Positions 8,217-17,615 of a stretch of DNA of 64,000 nucleotides are shown here, piece by piece (position 1 is the first letter of the stretch; every line of letters begins with the position of its first letter). The DNA comes from an uncultured virus (IMG/VR IMGVR_UViG_3300032092_000024). Its lineage: Duplodnaviria; Heunggongvirae; Uroviricota; Caudoviricetes. The position numbers were made by a program, and so were the translations under genes. The notes under the pieces were generated by a model. The model was given only the letters and a program-made list of their open reading frames with translations, was not told where the DNA came from and made no database searches. The stretch lies in IMG/VR virus record IMGVR_UViG_3300032092_000024. One strand, given 5' to 3'.

Positions 8217-10483
8217 GCTTTTGGTGCTTTGGGGGTATTCATAGCGACACGCAGATTAGCTGCGGCTTGCGCATCTTGTAAAGCTAATTTTTGTTTTAAT
8301 TCTGCTTCTTTGAACCGCGCGTCTAGCTCTGCTCTCTGCTGCTTCAGTTGCATGTCGAGCTCGTGCTCTTGCATTTTCATTTGCATTTGTGGCGATATCC
8401 CCTGTATCTCCCCTTGTTCAAGAGCCATTTGTTGCTGCTGTTCATTTGCTACCCGAATATCCTGCTGTACATCTCTCTGCAAATTAACGACGGCTTCACG
8501 GAGCAAATTCATAATAAGTTTAGCTTGGCCTAATTCCTGTTGCCGATTCTTATCGTCGGCAATTTTAAGCAGATGCTCATTACAATGTTCGTATACCATA
8601 GTAAGGAACATCATTGTTTTTTGCTTATCTTCTATCTGATTATTTTGGACTGCCTCCACTATTGGTTGAACTTCTTTCAAGTGAACTGATAAATGAATAG
8701 CGTGATTCTCGTTTGGCATAACTGTTACTTGTCGTCCGGCCTGCATTGACCCATTCTCTAGTTCAGCAATTTTAGCATCCATTGGAATTCTATTTTTAAC
8801 GGTCGGATTAGGTAAATATCGATCAACTTGATCATAACCCACTCTTGCTGCAATCCGATCCCTCAAGGCATTAATCTGTCCGACTTCATCGAACTTAGGC
8901 AGAAGTTGCATAAATTCATTGAAGGTTGAAAGGCGGGCAGATGGAGAACCCAGACCGATTGCTTTTACGGCGTCAACGCTGAACACAGATTTTACTGCCT
9001 GCCAAGGAACATTTCTCTCTACTAATCTTTTCCTAAATTCAATTGCTTCGGCGTAGCCAGGCTCGCCGGGAATCCACATATCGCGTTGCAGTCTTCGGAA
9101 TTGTTCTTTCAGCAGTTTTCCCCAAGGCACATAAAACAAATTCATGGCGTTTGTCGTCAAAACAGACTCAGTAGCCAGTTGTGCCTCTACCTCATACGCG
9201 GTCCTGGGATTTCCCCTGCCGGAGGCGGCCATTGGCATATAAGATCCAGTGTTACCCTGTCGAACTGCTGCCATATCCTCAATTAAAGGTTTAACATTCT
9301 CAGCCAGATTTGGAAAATTGGTATTGACTACACTTAATCCTGGCGGAAGGAAAGACAGCGGACCGGAATAAGCCATTGTCATTCTAGAAATATCTTCGGA
9401 ACTTTGCGGCTGTAGCAATATAGAAGTTTGTACCATAGCTCCGTCCGCCACGGCGCAACGCAACCGATTAGTCATTTGAATATGAGGAAAGATTTTATAC
9501 CCAAGTCCTCGAATAGAATGATACATTCCGTTCCCAATGCCATATGTAAAAATATGAAAAGCTTCCGAGGCGGTTTTAAAACGGTGTAACTTTTTAAACA
9601 AGAAATCACCTTTTCCATCACGACGCCCGATGGCGTGTGAATAGCTGCCGTCAAATTCTCGAACGTAATAATGTACTACGTGAATCTCGCGGCTCCTAAC
9701 GTGAGCAAAATAAAGATCGTTAGCTTTAATCTGTCTCTGCAACTCTTCCCAATTAAATCCGTCTTGTGGAAAAGTGGTAGTGGCATCTCGAATTGCGTCT
9801 CTGACGGCTTCGACATTCCATCCCGCTTGGGTTGCAATTTCCGGATTCTCGATATACTGGAACAATTCGTGAGTTAAATAAATTCGGCGTACACAAGCAA
9901 TTTCCACTTTATCTTCTGTAGCGGAAGTTCCTCTTGGGATAAAGAAATCTCCGATTGGACATACATTCCATTGCCAATTACGTTCATCTTCAAAAAAAGC
10001 AATACCTAAGCCTTGTGAAACAAAATAATAGGAAAGAAGCTGCTGTTTAAAATAAAAGCTTGACCAATCTTTTGTCATCAATCTATGAAACTCTTCTGCG
10101 ATAATAGAGCCATATTCCTCACGTTGGCTTTCGTCTCCATACGTAGTCTTAATATTTACAAGTCTATCTACAGAAGTTACTAAATCATTATATGAAGTTA
10201 AAGCTCTTTCTAAATCGGCCCCCGCTTCGCCAAAATTTAAATTTGCCCGATAACCTTGACCTAAGCGTCGAAGTGCGACGGTATCGTATGGAGCGGCCCC
10301 GTCAAACATATCCATAATTCTAGCGCGGTCACGAGCAGAAGCTTCATCCGCTAGATACAAATTTTGATAAAGACTAAAAAGTCCGTTGTGGTCGCTAATG
10401 CGAGTTTTCGGAGCTTTTCCGCTTTCGCTTATTGTTAACAGGTCCGAATCTGGTACAGAATAAGTGTTGTATTTGGGTTCCAC
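8213..10483 (-). CDS. Portal protein
   Basis: Large helical protein after TerL with Gln-rich C-terminal coiled coil. Start moved to GTG 10483 because the track's TTG start is the -35 box. Confidence 0.75.
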   Translation of the reverse strand: MEPKYNTYSVPDSDLLTISESGKAPKTRISDHNGLFSLYQNLYLADEASARDRARIMDMFDGAAPYDTVALRRLGQGYRANLNFGEAGADLERALTSYNDLVTSVDRLVNIKTTYGDESQREEYGSIIAEEFHRLMTKDWSSFYFKQQLLSYYFVSQGLGIAFFEDERNWQWNVCPIGDFFIPRGTSATEDKVEIACVRRIYLTHELFQYIENPEIATQAGWNVEAVRDAIRDATTTFPQDGFNWEELQRQIKANDLYFAHVRSREIHVVHYYVREFDGSYSHAIGRRDGKGDFLFKKLHRFKTASEAFHIFTYGIGNGMYHSIRGLGYKIFPHIQMTNRLRCAVADGAMVQTSILLQPQSSEDISRMTMAYSGPLSFLPPGLSVVNTNFPNLAENVKPLIEDMAAVRQGNTGSYMPMAASGRGNPRTAYEVEAQLATESVLTTNAMNLFYVPWGKLLKEQFRRLQRDMWIPGEPGYAEAIEFRKRLVERNVPWQAVKSVFSVDAVKAIGLGSPSARLSTFNEFMQLLPKFDEVGQINALRDRIAARVGYDQVDRYLPNPTVKNRIPMDAKIAELENGSMQAGRQVTVMPNENHAIHLSVHLKEVQPIVEAVQNNQIEDKQKTMMFLTMVYEHCNEHLLKIADDKNRQQELGQAKLIMNLLREAVVNLQRDVQQDIRVANEQQQQMALEQGEIQGISPQMQMKMQEHELDMQLKQQRAELDARFKEAELKQKLALQDAQAAANLRVAMNTPKAPKA

Positions 10484-10493
10484 AAGTTCGACT

Positions 10494-10522
10494 AGTATGG
10501 GCGAGCACGCTAGCCCTGTCAA
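10494..10522 (-). promoter_or_regulatory. Portal promoter
   Basis: TTGACA-17 nt-CATACT. Confidence 0.65.
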
Positions 10523-10529
10523 TCAACTT

Positions 10530-12263
10530 TTAACTTTCTAGAGAGGACGACTCAGCAATTGCCTGGTCTAACTTTCTTGTTTGCTCCGTCCAGCTAGCTC
10601 TTAATTTTCCTCCAACTAAAGACCCGGCATGAATACCCAATTTCTGCCTTGCTAAATCTAAACCTAAAAAGAAGGCATCGGCCAAATCGGGGGACCGGCC
10701 TAGTCTAAGTTTATAGTCTCTTTTGGGCTCAACTGTTACCTTTCCTCCCCCTGTAGTCGTATATTTTCTACCGGTCATCTCTTTAGCTAAATCGGGGACA
10801 ACGCCCTTGAGCTGACCCGCTCGCATGTATTCCACCCCAGAAAACCATAATTCGGTCACGCGATTAGTATACTTATCTGATCCCTTGATGGGATTGGTAA
10901 CACTTACTGGAAGATTGGAGGCTCGTTCTCCAAATTTGATTCGAAGGATCCTGGGGGACCATAGCTCCGCGAGAATATCGCAAAAGGGATCTCCGGCTCC
11001 AGTGGCGTCTATCGCTAATCGTTCTGGGGGAATCCCGGATTCGGAGCAAATACGCATAACTTCTCTGGCGATTTGGAAATTTCTAGGTTCTGGTTTGGTT
11101 ACATCTTCACGTAAATAATGAAACTTTTGTAACGCTACGGCGGGGCCGGCTTCCTCGCTTTGTCCGTACTTTAGAATAGCCAGAACAGATCGATCTCCGC
11201 CATTCGTAAAGGCTGGGTCAAATCCAGCCAAATACATGGGTGAGGAGGACCATCTTGGTTCTTTTGTCACATCATATTTACGAAAATCAGCTTCTGAATA
11301 AATCCCCTCCTCCGCCCCAACAGGAGCTGGGAAGCTTCTAATAAATCGCCAAAATGAAAGGGAGTTTTCCCCTTCATTGTCGATCGCATACTTAACTTGC
11401 TTGGACGTCAGCAAAAAAGGCCATTTATCGTTATGCTCAATATTTGGAGTCTTGAGTCCGTCCAAATGAATACATTTGCCGCTTTTAGTTTCCCACTCAT
11501 CGGCATCTACTGTAATCGAATTCCAACCATCTTTTGGTGTCGAGAAAACCCCAAACGGATCATATTGAGAATTAAAGTTACCTAGTGCAACACATTGGAA
11601 TTGCGGATTGGCATTCAAATTATTAATTGCCTCGAATACCGAATTAGTAACATCGGTTGCTTCGTCAATAATCAAGAACACTCTTTTATTTTTTAGTCCA
11701 ATAAGTTTTGCTGTTGCTTCCTTTTCTTTATCGGGACTCGAGGGTACTAGGGTAATAGAGGAACGGTCCGATGCTTCGCCGGATTCGGATGCATCTAAAA
11801 CAATTTTCCCCATAGAGTCGACTAGCTTTCCGGGCAGTCCTGGGACTTGCATATATCGCTCACGAATAGAACCCCACAGACGTTTACGGGCTTCTCGAAC
11901 GCTGGTCGTGGTGACAAGCACTAAAGTTTCGTGTGGGGCGCAAAGCCAATTTACTAAACCCCACATCGCCATAGTGGAAGTCTTAGCCGAAGACTTCGGA
12001 CCAGAAATGGCTAAATAGTTTTCTTCGCACGCTCGCTCAATCATCCAGTCGGCCCAAGGATGCCAATGAAAACCATTCTTGTTTTTTGTTTTATGATAAG
12101 GCCAAAGGAGATTCACTACATTCTTAAAATGCTGGGCTTTGCCCAAACCTCCGTCTTCAGGCTTCAATCCCATTTTGAAAGCCAACAATTCAATGTCGAG
12201 GTCTCCGGCTCCATCTGGCCAGGACTTTCCATATTTTTCTATAGGCAAGGAACTACTCTGCAT
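10530..12263 (-). CDS. terL: Terminase large subunit
   Basis: Walker A-like GPKSSAKT, Walker B LIIDEA, nuclease motifs GFDPAF..GGD and SPDLADA. Confidence 0.9.
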   Translation of the reverse strand: MQSSSLPIEKYGKSWPDGAGDLDIELLAFKMGLKPEDGGLGKAQHFKNVVNLLWPYHKTKNKNGFHWHPWADWMIERACEENYLAISGPKSSAKTSTMAMWGLVNWLCAPHETLVLVTTTSVREARKRLWGSIRERYMQVPGLPGKLVDSMGKIVLDASESGEASDRSSITLVPSSPDKEKEATAKLIGLKNKRVFLIIDEATDVTNSVFEAINNLNANPQFQCVALGNFNSQYDPFGVFSTPKDGWNSITVDADEWETKSGKCIHLDGLKTPNIEHNDKWPFLLTSKQVKYAIDNEGENSLSFWRFIRSFPAPVGAEEGIYSEADFRKYDVTKEPRWSSSPMYLAGFDPAFTNGGDRSVLAILKYGQSEEAGPAVALQKFHYLREDVTKPEPRNFQIAREVMRICSESGIPPERLAIDATGAGDPFCDILAELWSPRILRIKFGERASNLPVSVTNPIKGSDKYTNRVTELWFSGVEYMRAGQLKGVVPDLAKEMTGRKYTTTGGGKVTVEPKRDYKLRLGRSPDLADAFFLGLDLARQKLGIHAGSLVGGKLRASWTEQTRKLDQAIAESSSLES

Positions 12264-12269
12264 AATTAC

Positions 12270-12297
12270 TTGACAGTTGTCAATTTGAGTTCACTCT
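12270..12297 (+). promoter_or_regulatory. Replication-operon promoter overlapping an inverted -35
   Basis: TTGACA-16 nt-CACTCT; TTGACA-GT-TGTCAA dyad at 12270-12283. Confidence 0.5.
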
Positions 12298-12326
12298 ATC
12301 CAGCACGATGAACACACCCTTAAAAA

Positions 12327-12728
12327 ATGAACAGTTGTACAAAAGGCAAAGTCGGAGAACGTGAGTGGCGCGACGTCCTCAAGGCGAAGGGCTTCGAAGC
12401 GCGGCGCGGTCGCCAGTTCTCAGGCAGCCCGGAATCGCCAGATGTTGTCAGCAACCTCCCTTTTCACTTTGAAGTCAAGCGGGTTGAGGCACTCAACATT
12501 AATAAAGCAATGGAACAGGCCAAACGAGACAGTGGCAAGAGTGTGCCAGTTGTGGCCCATAGAAAAAACAAGTGCGCGTGGCTTGTTACGATGGCTGCGG
12601 AAGATTGGCTTGAGCTAGTTCGTGAAAGGCACTCAGACGCTTGTTCAACTCCGCCCGTGGCAGGAGAAATCAAAAAGTATTATACTTCAGGCAATTCGGA
12701 ACCACTCGATCGCGCTGGATTGCTCTGA
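12327..12728 (+). CDS. Holliday junction resolvase (Hjc-like PD-(D/E)XK)
   Basis: KGKVGERE...GF.ARRG.QF.G...SPDV...HFEVK. Confidence 0.8.
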   Translation: MNSCTKGKVGEREWRDVLKAKGFEARRGRQFSGSPESPDVVSNLPFHFEVKRVEALNINKAMEQAKRDSGKSVPVVAHRKNKCAWLVTMAAEDWLELVRERHSDACSTPPVAGEIKKYYTSGNSEPLDRAGLL

Positions 12729-13926
12729 TACTGGAACCGGAAAAACTGTTACAGCTTGTGCTGTGGCAAAAGAACTTGGTTTTGAATTTGCCATTATAGC
12801 CCCCAAGATTGTACTTCCCGCTTGGAAAAGTTGGTGTAGCACTTTTGGGCTACATCCTAAATTTGTTTTAAACTATGAAAAGCTTCGAACTGGCAACACA
12901 GAATTTATAAATAAACTAGCTAGCAAACAGTGGGATTGGAAGCATAAGGGAAAAGATTTCCTTTATATATTTGACGAAGTCCATCGTTGTAAGAGTTACA
13001 AATCTCAGAATGGGGCAATGCTCGAGGCCGCAGCTGGATCGAACGTTCTCATGCTGTCTGCTACCGCCGCGGGAAGTCCTATGGATATGCGTTTTACTGG
13101 GCGACTTCTTGGGCTTCACAACGGGGTGGATTACTTTAGATGGCTCCACAAAAACGGTGTGGTCAAGGCTCCGTGGGGTGGCATGACATTCCGTGGCGGG
13201 AAGCGTGTGCTAACCGATATCCACTCCAAGATATTTCCAGCTAAAGGTGTTCGTATTCGGATCAGTGAACTTGGGGATGCGTTTCCGAGTAACCAGGTAA
13301 ACGCCGAGGTGCTGGACATCTCTCCGAAGATTGGTGAGTTATACCAGAAAGTTGAAGAGGAAATTTTGGAATTAAAAGATCGGTCTCGTACTGACGCAGA
13401 TCCAGAGAATCCTCTCACTAAGCGTTTGCGTATGAGGCAGGAAATTGAACTGCTTCGAGTTCCTGTGATTACGGAAATGGCGGAGGAGTTTATCGAGGAA
13501 GGCAAAAGCGTTGTGTGCTTTGTAAACTTTAGACAAACGCTTGACGCCATAGGAGAGAGAATGAAAAAGCACAAACCAGTTTATATTCTTGGCGATCAAA
13601 CAACCGACCAAAGAGAATCGGCAATTGCTTCTTTCCAAGCAAACAAGTCGCACTTAATCATCTGCCAAATTGCGGCTGGGGGTGTGGGCGTAAGTCTTCA
13701 TGATCTGCACGGAAGGCCAAGAGTTTCGCTAATTAGCCCGACGTACTCTGCTGTTGATCTTAAACAAGCTCTCGGTCGTATTCACCGCACGGGAGCTAAA
13801 ACCCCCGCGCTACAATACATCCTATTCGCGGCTAACTCGGTTGAGGAGGAAGTAAGTAAATCAGTAAAAGCAAAGCTTCGTAATATTGATTTGTTGAACG
13901 ACGGCGATTTGCTAACTCATAATTAG
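12622..13926 (+). CDS. Superfamily 2 helicase
   Basis: TGTGKT, DEVH, LSAT, QALGRIHR. Confidence 0.9.
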   Translation: MKGTQTLVQLRPWQEKSKSIILQAIRNHSIALDCSDTGTGKTVTACAVAKELGFEFAIIAPKIVLPAWKSWCSTFGLHPKFVLNYEKLRTGNTEFINKLASKQWDWKHKGKDFLYIFDEVHRCKSYKSQNGAMLEAAAGSNVLMLSATAAGSPMDMRFTGRLLGLHNGVDYFRWLHKNGVVKAPWGGMTFRGGKRVLTDIHSKIFPAKGVRIRISELGDAFPSNQVNAEVLDISPKIGELYQKVEEEILELKDRSRTDADPENPLTKRLRMRQEIELLRVPVITEMAEEFIEEGKSVVCFVNFRQTLDAIGERMKKHKPVYILGDQTTDQRESAIASFQANKSHLIICQIAAGGVGVSLHDLHGRPRVSLISPTYSAVDLKQALGRIHRTGAKTPALQYILFAANSVEEEVSKSVKAKLRNIDLLNDGDLLTHN

Positions 13927-13929
13927 CGC

Positions 13930-13957
13930 TTGACGATTACGTTTTTGGGGTCACAAT
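13930..13957 (+). promoter_or_regulatory. sigma70-like promoter
   Basis: TTGACG-16 nt-CACAAT. Confidence 0.55.
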
Positions 13958-13970
13958 CCACGGCACGCTG

Positions 13971-14207
13971 ATGGATACACAACACGCAAGATACAGCCCG
14001 AGCACTCTAAAGAGTCGGGAATTATGTCCGGGATATGAACCTAAACGGGACGGGGAGGTTCACATAGTGACACAACGTGGAACCGCTATGCATCACGCTT
14101 GTGAAATGAGCGACTTTGAAGATTTGAATGCCGACGAAACCAAACTCGTAATGAAATGTTTAGATTACATTGAACGCTTGCGAGCGGAGTTAGCTACCGA
14201 TGCTTGA
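13971..14207 (+). CDS. Cas4-like/DUF2800 exonuclease, N-terminal part
   Basis: HARYSPS......CPG and RGTAMH motifs. Confidence 0.7.
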   Translation: MDTQHARYSPSTLKSRELCPGYEPKRDGEVHIVTQRGTAMHHACEMSDFEDLNADETKLVMKCLDYIERLRAELATDA

Positions 14208-15072
14208 CCTCAAGGAAATCAAGCTGGAGGTTTTTGATCAATGGGGTTTTGTTGATCGATTGATGATTCGTGGGGATAAGGCTCATCTTATTGATTACAA
14301 ATTTGGATTTAATCCCGTTGACGATGCGGAACATAATGCTCAGATGTGGGCCTATACTCTCGGTGTTTTTGATAAACACGATTATATTAAAGAAGTTACT
14401 GTACACATTTTGCAACCTCGTCTAGATCTTATCTTCACCCACACATTCACCCGTGAGGGTGACTACCAAAGAATACACAAACGAATAAAAGGAATCATCG
14501 ACAAATGCAAAAATCATACAGAAGCCGATTATACACCTGGGGATCAATGCGTTTATTGCCACAAGCTAGCAGACTGCCCAGCAGTCCACGGAGCCACAAT
14601 GCAGATCGTTAAAGCTTATGACATGGCGCACGACGCCCAGTTGCCTGAACTATTTCAACCAAGCCAGTTGTCCACGCCAGAGCGTAGGGCTCAAGCCCAG
14701 CGTATAGCGATGGTCATGGAGGCTTGGTGCTCCAGTGTTCGTAAACATAATTTAGAATTTGCTAAAGAGGGTGGTGAAATCCCAGGTTATGGATTGAAAG
14801 AAATCCAGGGCCGTAGGGAGATTAAGGACTCTGAAAAGGCTTGGGATTTGGTGAAAGGTAAACTTACTCCAGAGGAGTTCAGCTCCGCCTGCGAGATTAA
14901 GTTCACAGATTTGGCCGATCTAGTTGCGGCCAAGGCGCCTCGCGGTCAGAAGACCGTGGCGAAAGAACAACTGGAAGATGACCTCATCGCTGCTGAAGCA
15001 ATGACGCGCGGTGAGCCGTCTTATCAACTAAGAAAAAATAAAGAAATAAAAGAGATAAAACAAATAAAATGA
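14200..15072 (+). CDS. Cas4-like/DUF2800 exonuclease, catalytic part
   Basis: GFVD...LIDYKFG, NAQMWAY, CVYC.....CP. Confidence 0.8.
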   Translation: MLDLKEIKLEVFDQWGFVDRLMIRGDKAHLIDYKFGFNPVDDAEHNAQMWAYTLGVFDKHDYIKEVTVHILQPRLDLIFTHTFTREGDYQRIHKRIKGIIDKCKNHTEADYTPGDQCVYCHKLADCPAVHGATMQIVKAYDMAHDAQLPELFQPSQLSTPERRAQAQRIAMVMEAWCSSVRKHNLEFAKEGGEIPGYGLKEIQGRREIKDSEKAWDLVKGKLTPEEFSSACEIKFTDLADLVAAKAPRGQKTVAKEQLEDDLIAAEAMTRGEPSYQLRKNKEIKEIKQIK

Positions 15073-15785
15073 AAACATCATTCAGTAAGAAAGATAAAGA
15101 AGCCGTAGAGGCAACCGAAGATAAAGCGTTGGCTGTTGCGGAGAGCAAGTCTCCCTCCATCACCAACCGTAACGCTGGGGTGGACGGAGAGTTCAAAGCT
15201 TCCGACTTCCTTATCCCGAGGATTAACCTTGTGGGTAAGACTGGCAACCTTAGCAATAACTTCCAACCGGGCTCCTTTGTATTTAACAAAGAGATGGTTG
15301 TTGGGAGTAAGGACTCCGCGATGGAGGCCATCATTACTCACATCCAAAAGAAATACATCCAGGAAATCCCTTATGGGACGGATGTCATCCCGAAGATTTT
15401 TGCCTCGCAAGCCGAGGTGGAAACTGCGGGAGGAACTTTGGATATCTCTGAGTCAGAGGATGCGGACCGGTATATTCCGTTTCTTGTCTTGACCCTTTTG
15501 GTTGCAGAGCCGAAAGATAAGAATCCGATCTTCTCTCTTGAGGGACCGGATAAAAAGAACTACGCGCTGGCGCAGTACAACCTCACCAAGAGTGCGTACC
15601 GCGGAGCGGGTCGTCAGTTGCTAACCGACAGTCAGACCGTGCTTCGTGGCGGGTTGACTAAGGGGCGCTATCAAGTTAGTAGCAAGCTCAATACCAACAC
15701 GATGGGTAGCTGGTTTACGCCCACGTTCAAGTTGGCTGGAACAAACAATGACGAGTTCCAGGCTTGGGCTTCCAGCTTGATCTAA
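15069..15785 (+). CDS. Putative ssDNA-binding protein
   Basis: Position between exonuclease and polymerase; IPRINLV and GSWFTP motifs. Mostly a context call. Confidence 0.45.
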   Translation: MKTSFSKKDKEAVEATEDKALAVAESKSPSITNRNAGVDGEFKASDFLIPRINLVGKTGNLSNNFQPGSFVFNKEMVVGSKDSAMEAIITHIQKKYIQEIPYGTDVIPKIFASQAEVETAGGTLDISESEDADRYIPFLVLTLLVAEPKDKNPIFSLEGPDKKNYALAQYNLTKSAYRGAGRQLLTDSQTVLRGGLTKGRYQVSSKLNTNTMGSWFTPTFKLAGTNNDEFQAWASSLI

Positions 15786-15797
15786 GTAGATGAAAAA

Positions 15798-15884
15798 GGG
15801 GAGACGTTCCGGCATGGTGCGACGCGAGAGGCGTCGACAGGTTAGGTGTGTCCTGCCGCGTGAAACACCGGACGTCCTCCGCCA
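15798..15884 (+). ncRNA. Structured phage sRNA, C4/c4-2-like
   Basis: Closing stem GGGGAGACGTTCCGG/CCGGACGTCCTCC plus GCCA; internal hairpins CGACGC/GCGTCG and CAGG/CCTG; GTGAAACA segment. Confidence 0.5.
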
Positions 15885-15950
15885 AATGGTTAAGTTCTTC
15901 TCTGAATTACTGGAATCAAAATTTCAAAATGTAACGCAAGTAAAGGGTAT

Positions 15951-16253
15951 ATGGATCAAAACGAAATAGTTCCGCCTTCAATTCATGAGGTGGCTTCGGA
16001 AGCCTTCACTACTGTCACTAAAATTATGGAAAAAGGTTCTGATAAGAGTTTATTTGGCGAGTGGTTTTATAAGGACTCTCGTCGGTATAATTCCGATAGA
16101 GCAATTAGCCATATTTGTAGAGCTATGATGCAGATTGATGGTAATGGACAAGACCCGGATTTAGGGGGAGAGACATCTATCGATCACCTAGAACGAGCTT
16201 TAGTAAGGGCGGCTTTTCTATTGTTTAAATGCAAAAGGGGGAAAATAGAATGA
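15951..16253 (+). CDS. dATP/dGTP diphosphohydrolase-like (DUF5664-type) protein
   Basis: IMEKG..K....W......Y..RA..H........D.......HL..A..R..FLL pattern. Confidence 0.55.
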   Translation: MDQNEIVPPSIHEVASEAFTTVTKIMEKGSDKSLFGEWFYKDSRRYNSDRAISHICRAMMQIDGNGQDPDLGGETSIDHLERALVRAAFLLFKCKRGKIE

Positions 16254-16432
16254 TCGATTCATTTTTGTTATGGGTATTTGTTTGGATTAGTAAGCGTTGG
16301 TTTAACTCCGTTGTTTTTGGAACTGATCCAGAAACAGATAGAGCCTCATCTATTTCATTCTTTGAAAATGAGGAGCATGCTCAACAATATTTAGAGTTAA
16401 TTCAAAAAGGAAAAGAGGCAAAACAAAAATGA
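16250..16432 (+). CDS. Hypothetical protein
   Basis: Overlaps the neighbouring stops/starts. Confidence 0.45.
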   Translation: MIDSFLLWVFVWISKRWFNSVVFGTDPETDRASSISFFENEEHAQQYLELIQKGKEAKQK

Positions 16433-16674
16433 TATTTCATTGGGTTTGGAAGAAAACCGGGTTTCCTTATTTGGAATCCCCTAAAACAGAAACAAAAAGT
16501 ACAACCATGCCAAAAAAGAAAGGTAAGGTGTCAAGTGGAAAATCAAAGCGACCTAGAAAACGATAGACTTGCTCAAAAAGTTGTTGCAGAATTGGATTAC
16601 CTTTTAAAGGAAGGATTTTTATGTCTAAAGAACACAACGGAACCGATCATTGTTTTAAACCCGGGGGTGAGCAT

Positions 16675-16986
16675 ATGAGTCTTGACGAGCTTATTGACGC
16701 AGATACTATGCGAAAGAATCCTGAATATATGCAAAGGGAAATTCACCGTGTCCATCAGTTTTACAAGCGAGTAACAGATCTGGCGGAAACAAACCATAAA
16801 ACCGCGTCTACTCTTGTGGAAGAGAATGGGCGGTTAGAAAATGAGAACGATGGACTAAAGGAGTTCTGCCAGGAACTCCTTGCGTCTATGGCAGACCTTG
16901 AGCAGGAATGTTCGCAATTCCGCCACAAGGTTAGGTCAGCCGTGCTCGAATTACTACCACATCAGAAAGAACAAAAAAATGATTGA
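16675..16986 (+). CDS. Coiled-coil hypothetical protein
   Basis: Heptad pattern; likely ATG 16675. Confidence 0.5.
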   Translation: MSLDELIDADTMRKNPEYMQREIHRVHQFYKRVTDLAETNHKTASTLVEENGRLENENDGLKEFCQELLASMADLEQECSQFRHKVRSAVLELLPHQKEQKND

Positions 16987-17323
16987 ATTAGCATTACAAA
17001 TAACAAATCAAGTTGGAACTGATAAAATCAGCGTTGAAGTTTTGCCGAGAGATGGTGAGGCAAATGTTGTTGAGAAGGACGTATTAGAAGGTCTTTTTCC
17101 ACACATTGTTGGTCTTTTAAACGGATTGCTTGGTGGGGAAGGTTTTAGAAAAACCGAAAAGCAGGCTCAGGTAATTCCAGATATGGAGTCTAGGATCGTG
17201 GATAAAAATGGTGTGCCTTCCTCAATTCCGATGACGGAGGAATATCTTCTTAAAAAGGGTTTAATTGCGCCGGAAACTGGACCCGAGGTAAGGGACAGGG
17301 ATTCCTCTATAATCATAGACTAA
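16979..17323 (+). CDS. Hypothetical protein
   Basis: Operon-contiguous ORF. Confidence 0.5.
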   Translation: MIELALQITNQVGTDKISVEVLPRDGEANVVEKDVLEGLFPHIVGLLNGLLGGEGFRKTEKQAQVIPDMESRIVDKNGVPSSIPMTEEYLLKKGLIAPETGPEVRDRDSSIIID

Positions 17324-17613
17324 TGTCTTCCGCCAGTGAAAAACTGGCCGAAGAATTCACCGTGATTCCTTACCCATTCGTGGGTGAGCATCGCGATGCA
17401 ATCGAGGCTGAATATGCGGCGCTACTTCAAGGTGGGATAAGACCAACTGAAGTAGCTGATCTCATTCTTCATGCCTTGGAGATATTATTAAACAAAAGAA
17501 AAAAAGCAGAAGGAACGAACACTTATGATGAAGCTACAACTCGGGTATCTGATATGCTTGGGCGCCTTGTGGTTTTTGAAGAAATGTTCTCAAATAAAAA
17601 ACAAAAAAAATAA
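17323..17613 (+). CDS. Hypothetical protein
   Basis: TAATG coupling to the upstream ORF. Confidence 0.5.
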   Translation: MSSASEKLAEEFTVIPYPFVGEHRDAIEAEYAALLQGGIRPTEVADLILHALEILLNKRKKAEGTNTYDEATTRVSDMLGRLVVFEEMFSNKKQKK

Positions 17614-17615
17614 AA

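Noticed and set aside
10484..10522. Portal N-terminal extension MTGLACSPILVEL
   Set aside because: The TTG is part of the TTGACA -35 box; GTG 10483 fits better.
15798..15884. tRNA, tRNA-Sec or tmRNA because of the GCCA end
   Set aside because: No TTCRA T-loop or canonical cloverleaf; kept only as a C4-like sRNA candidate.
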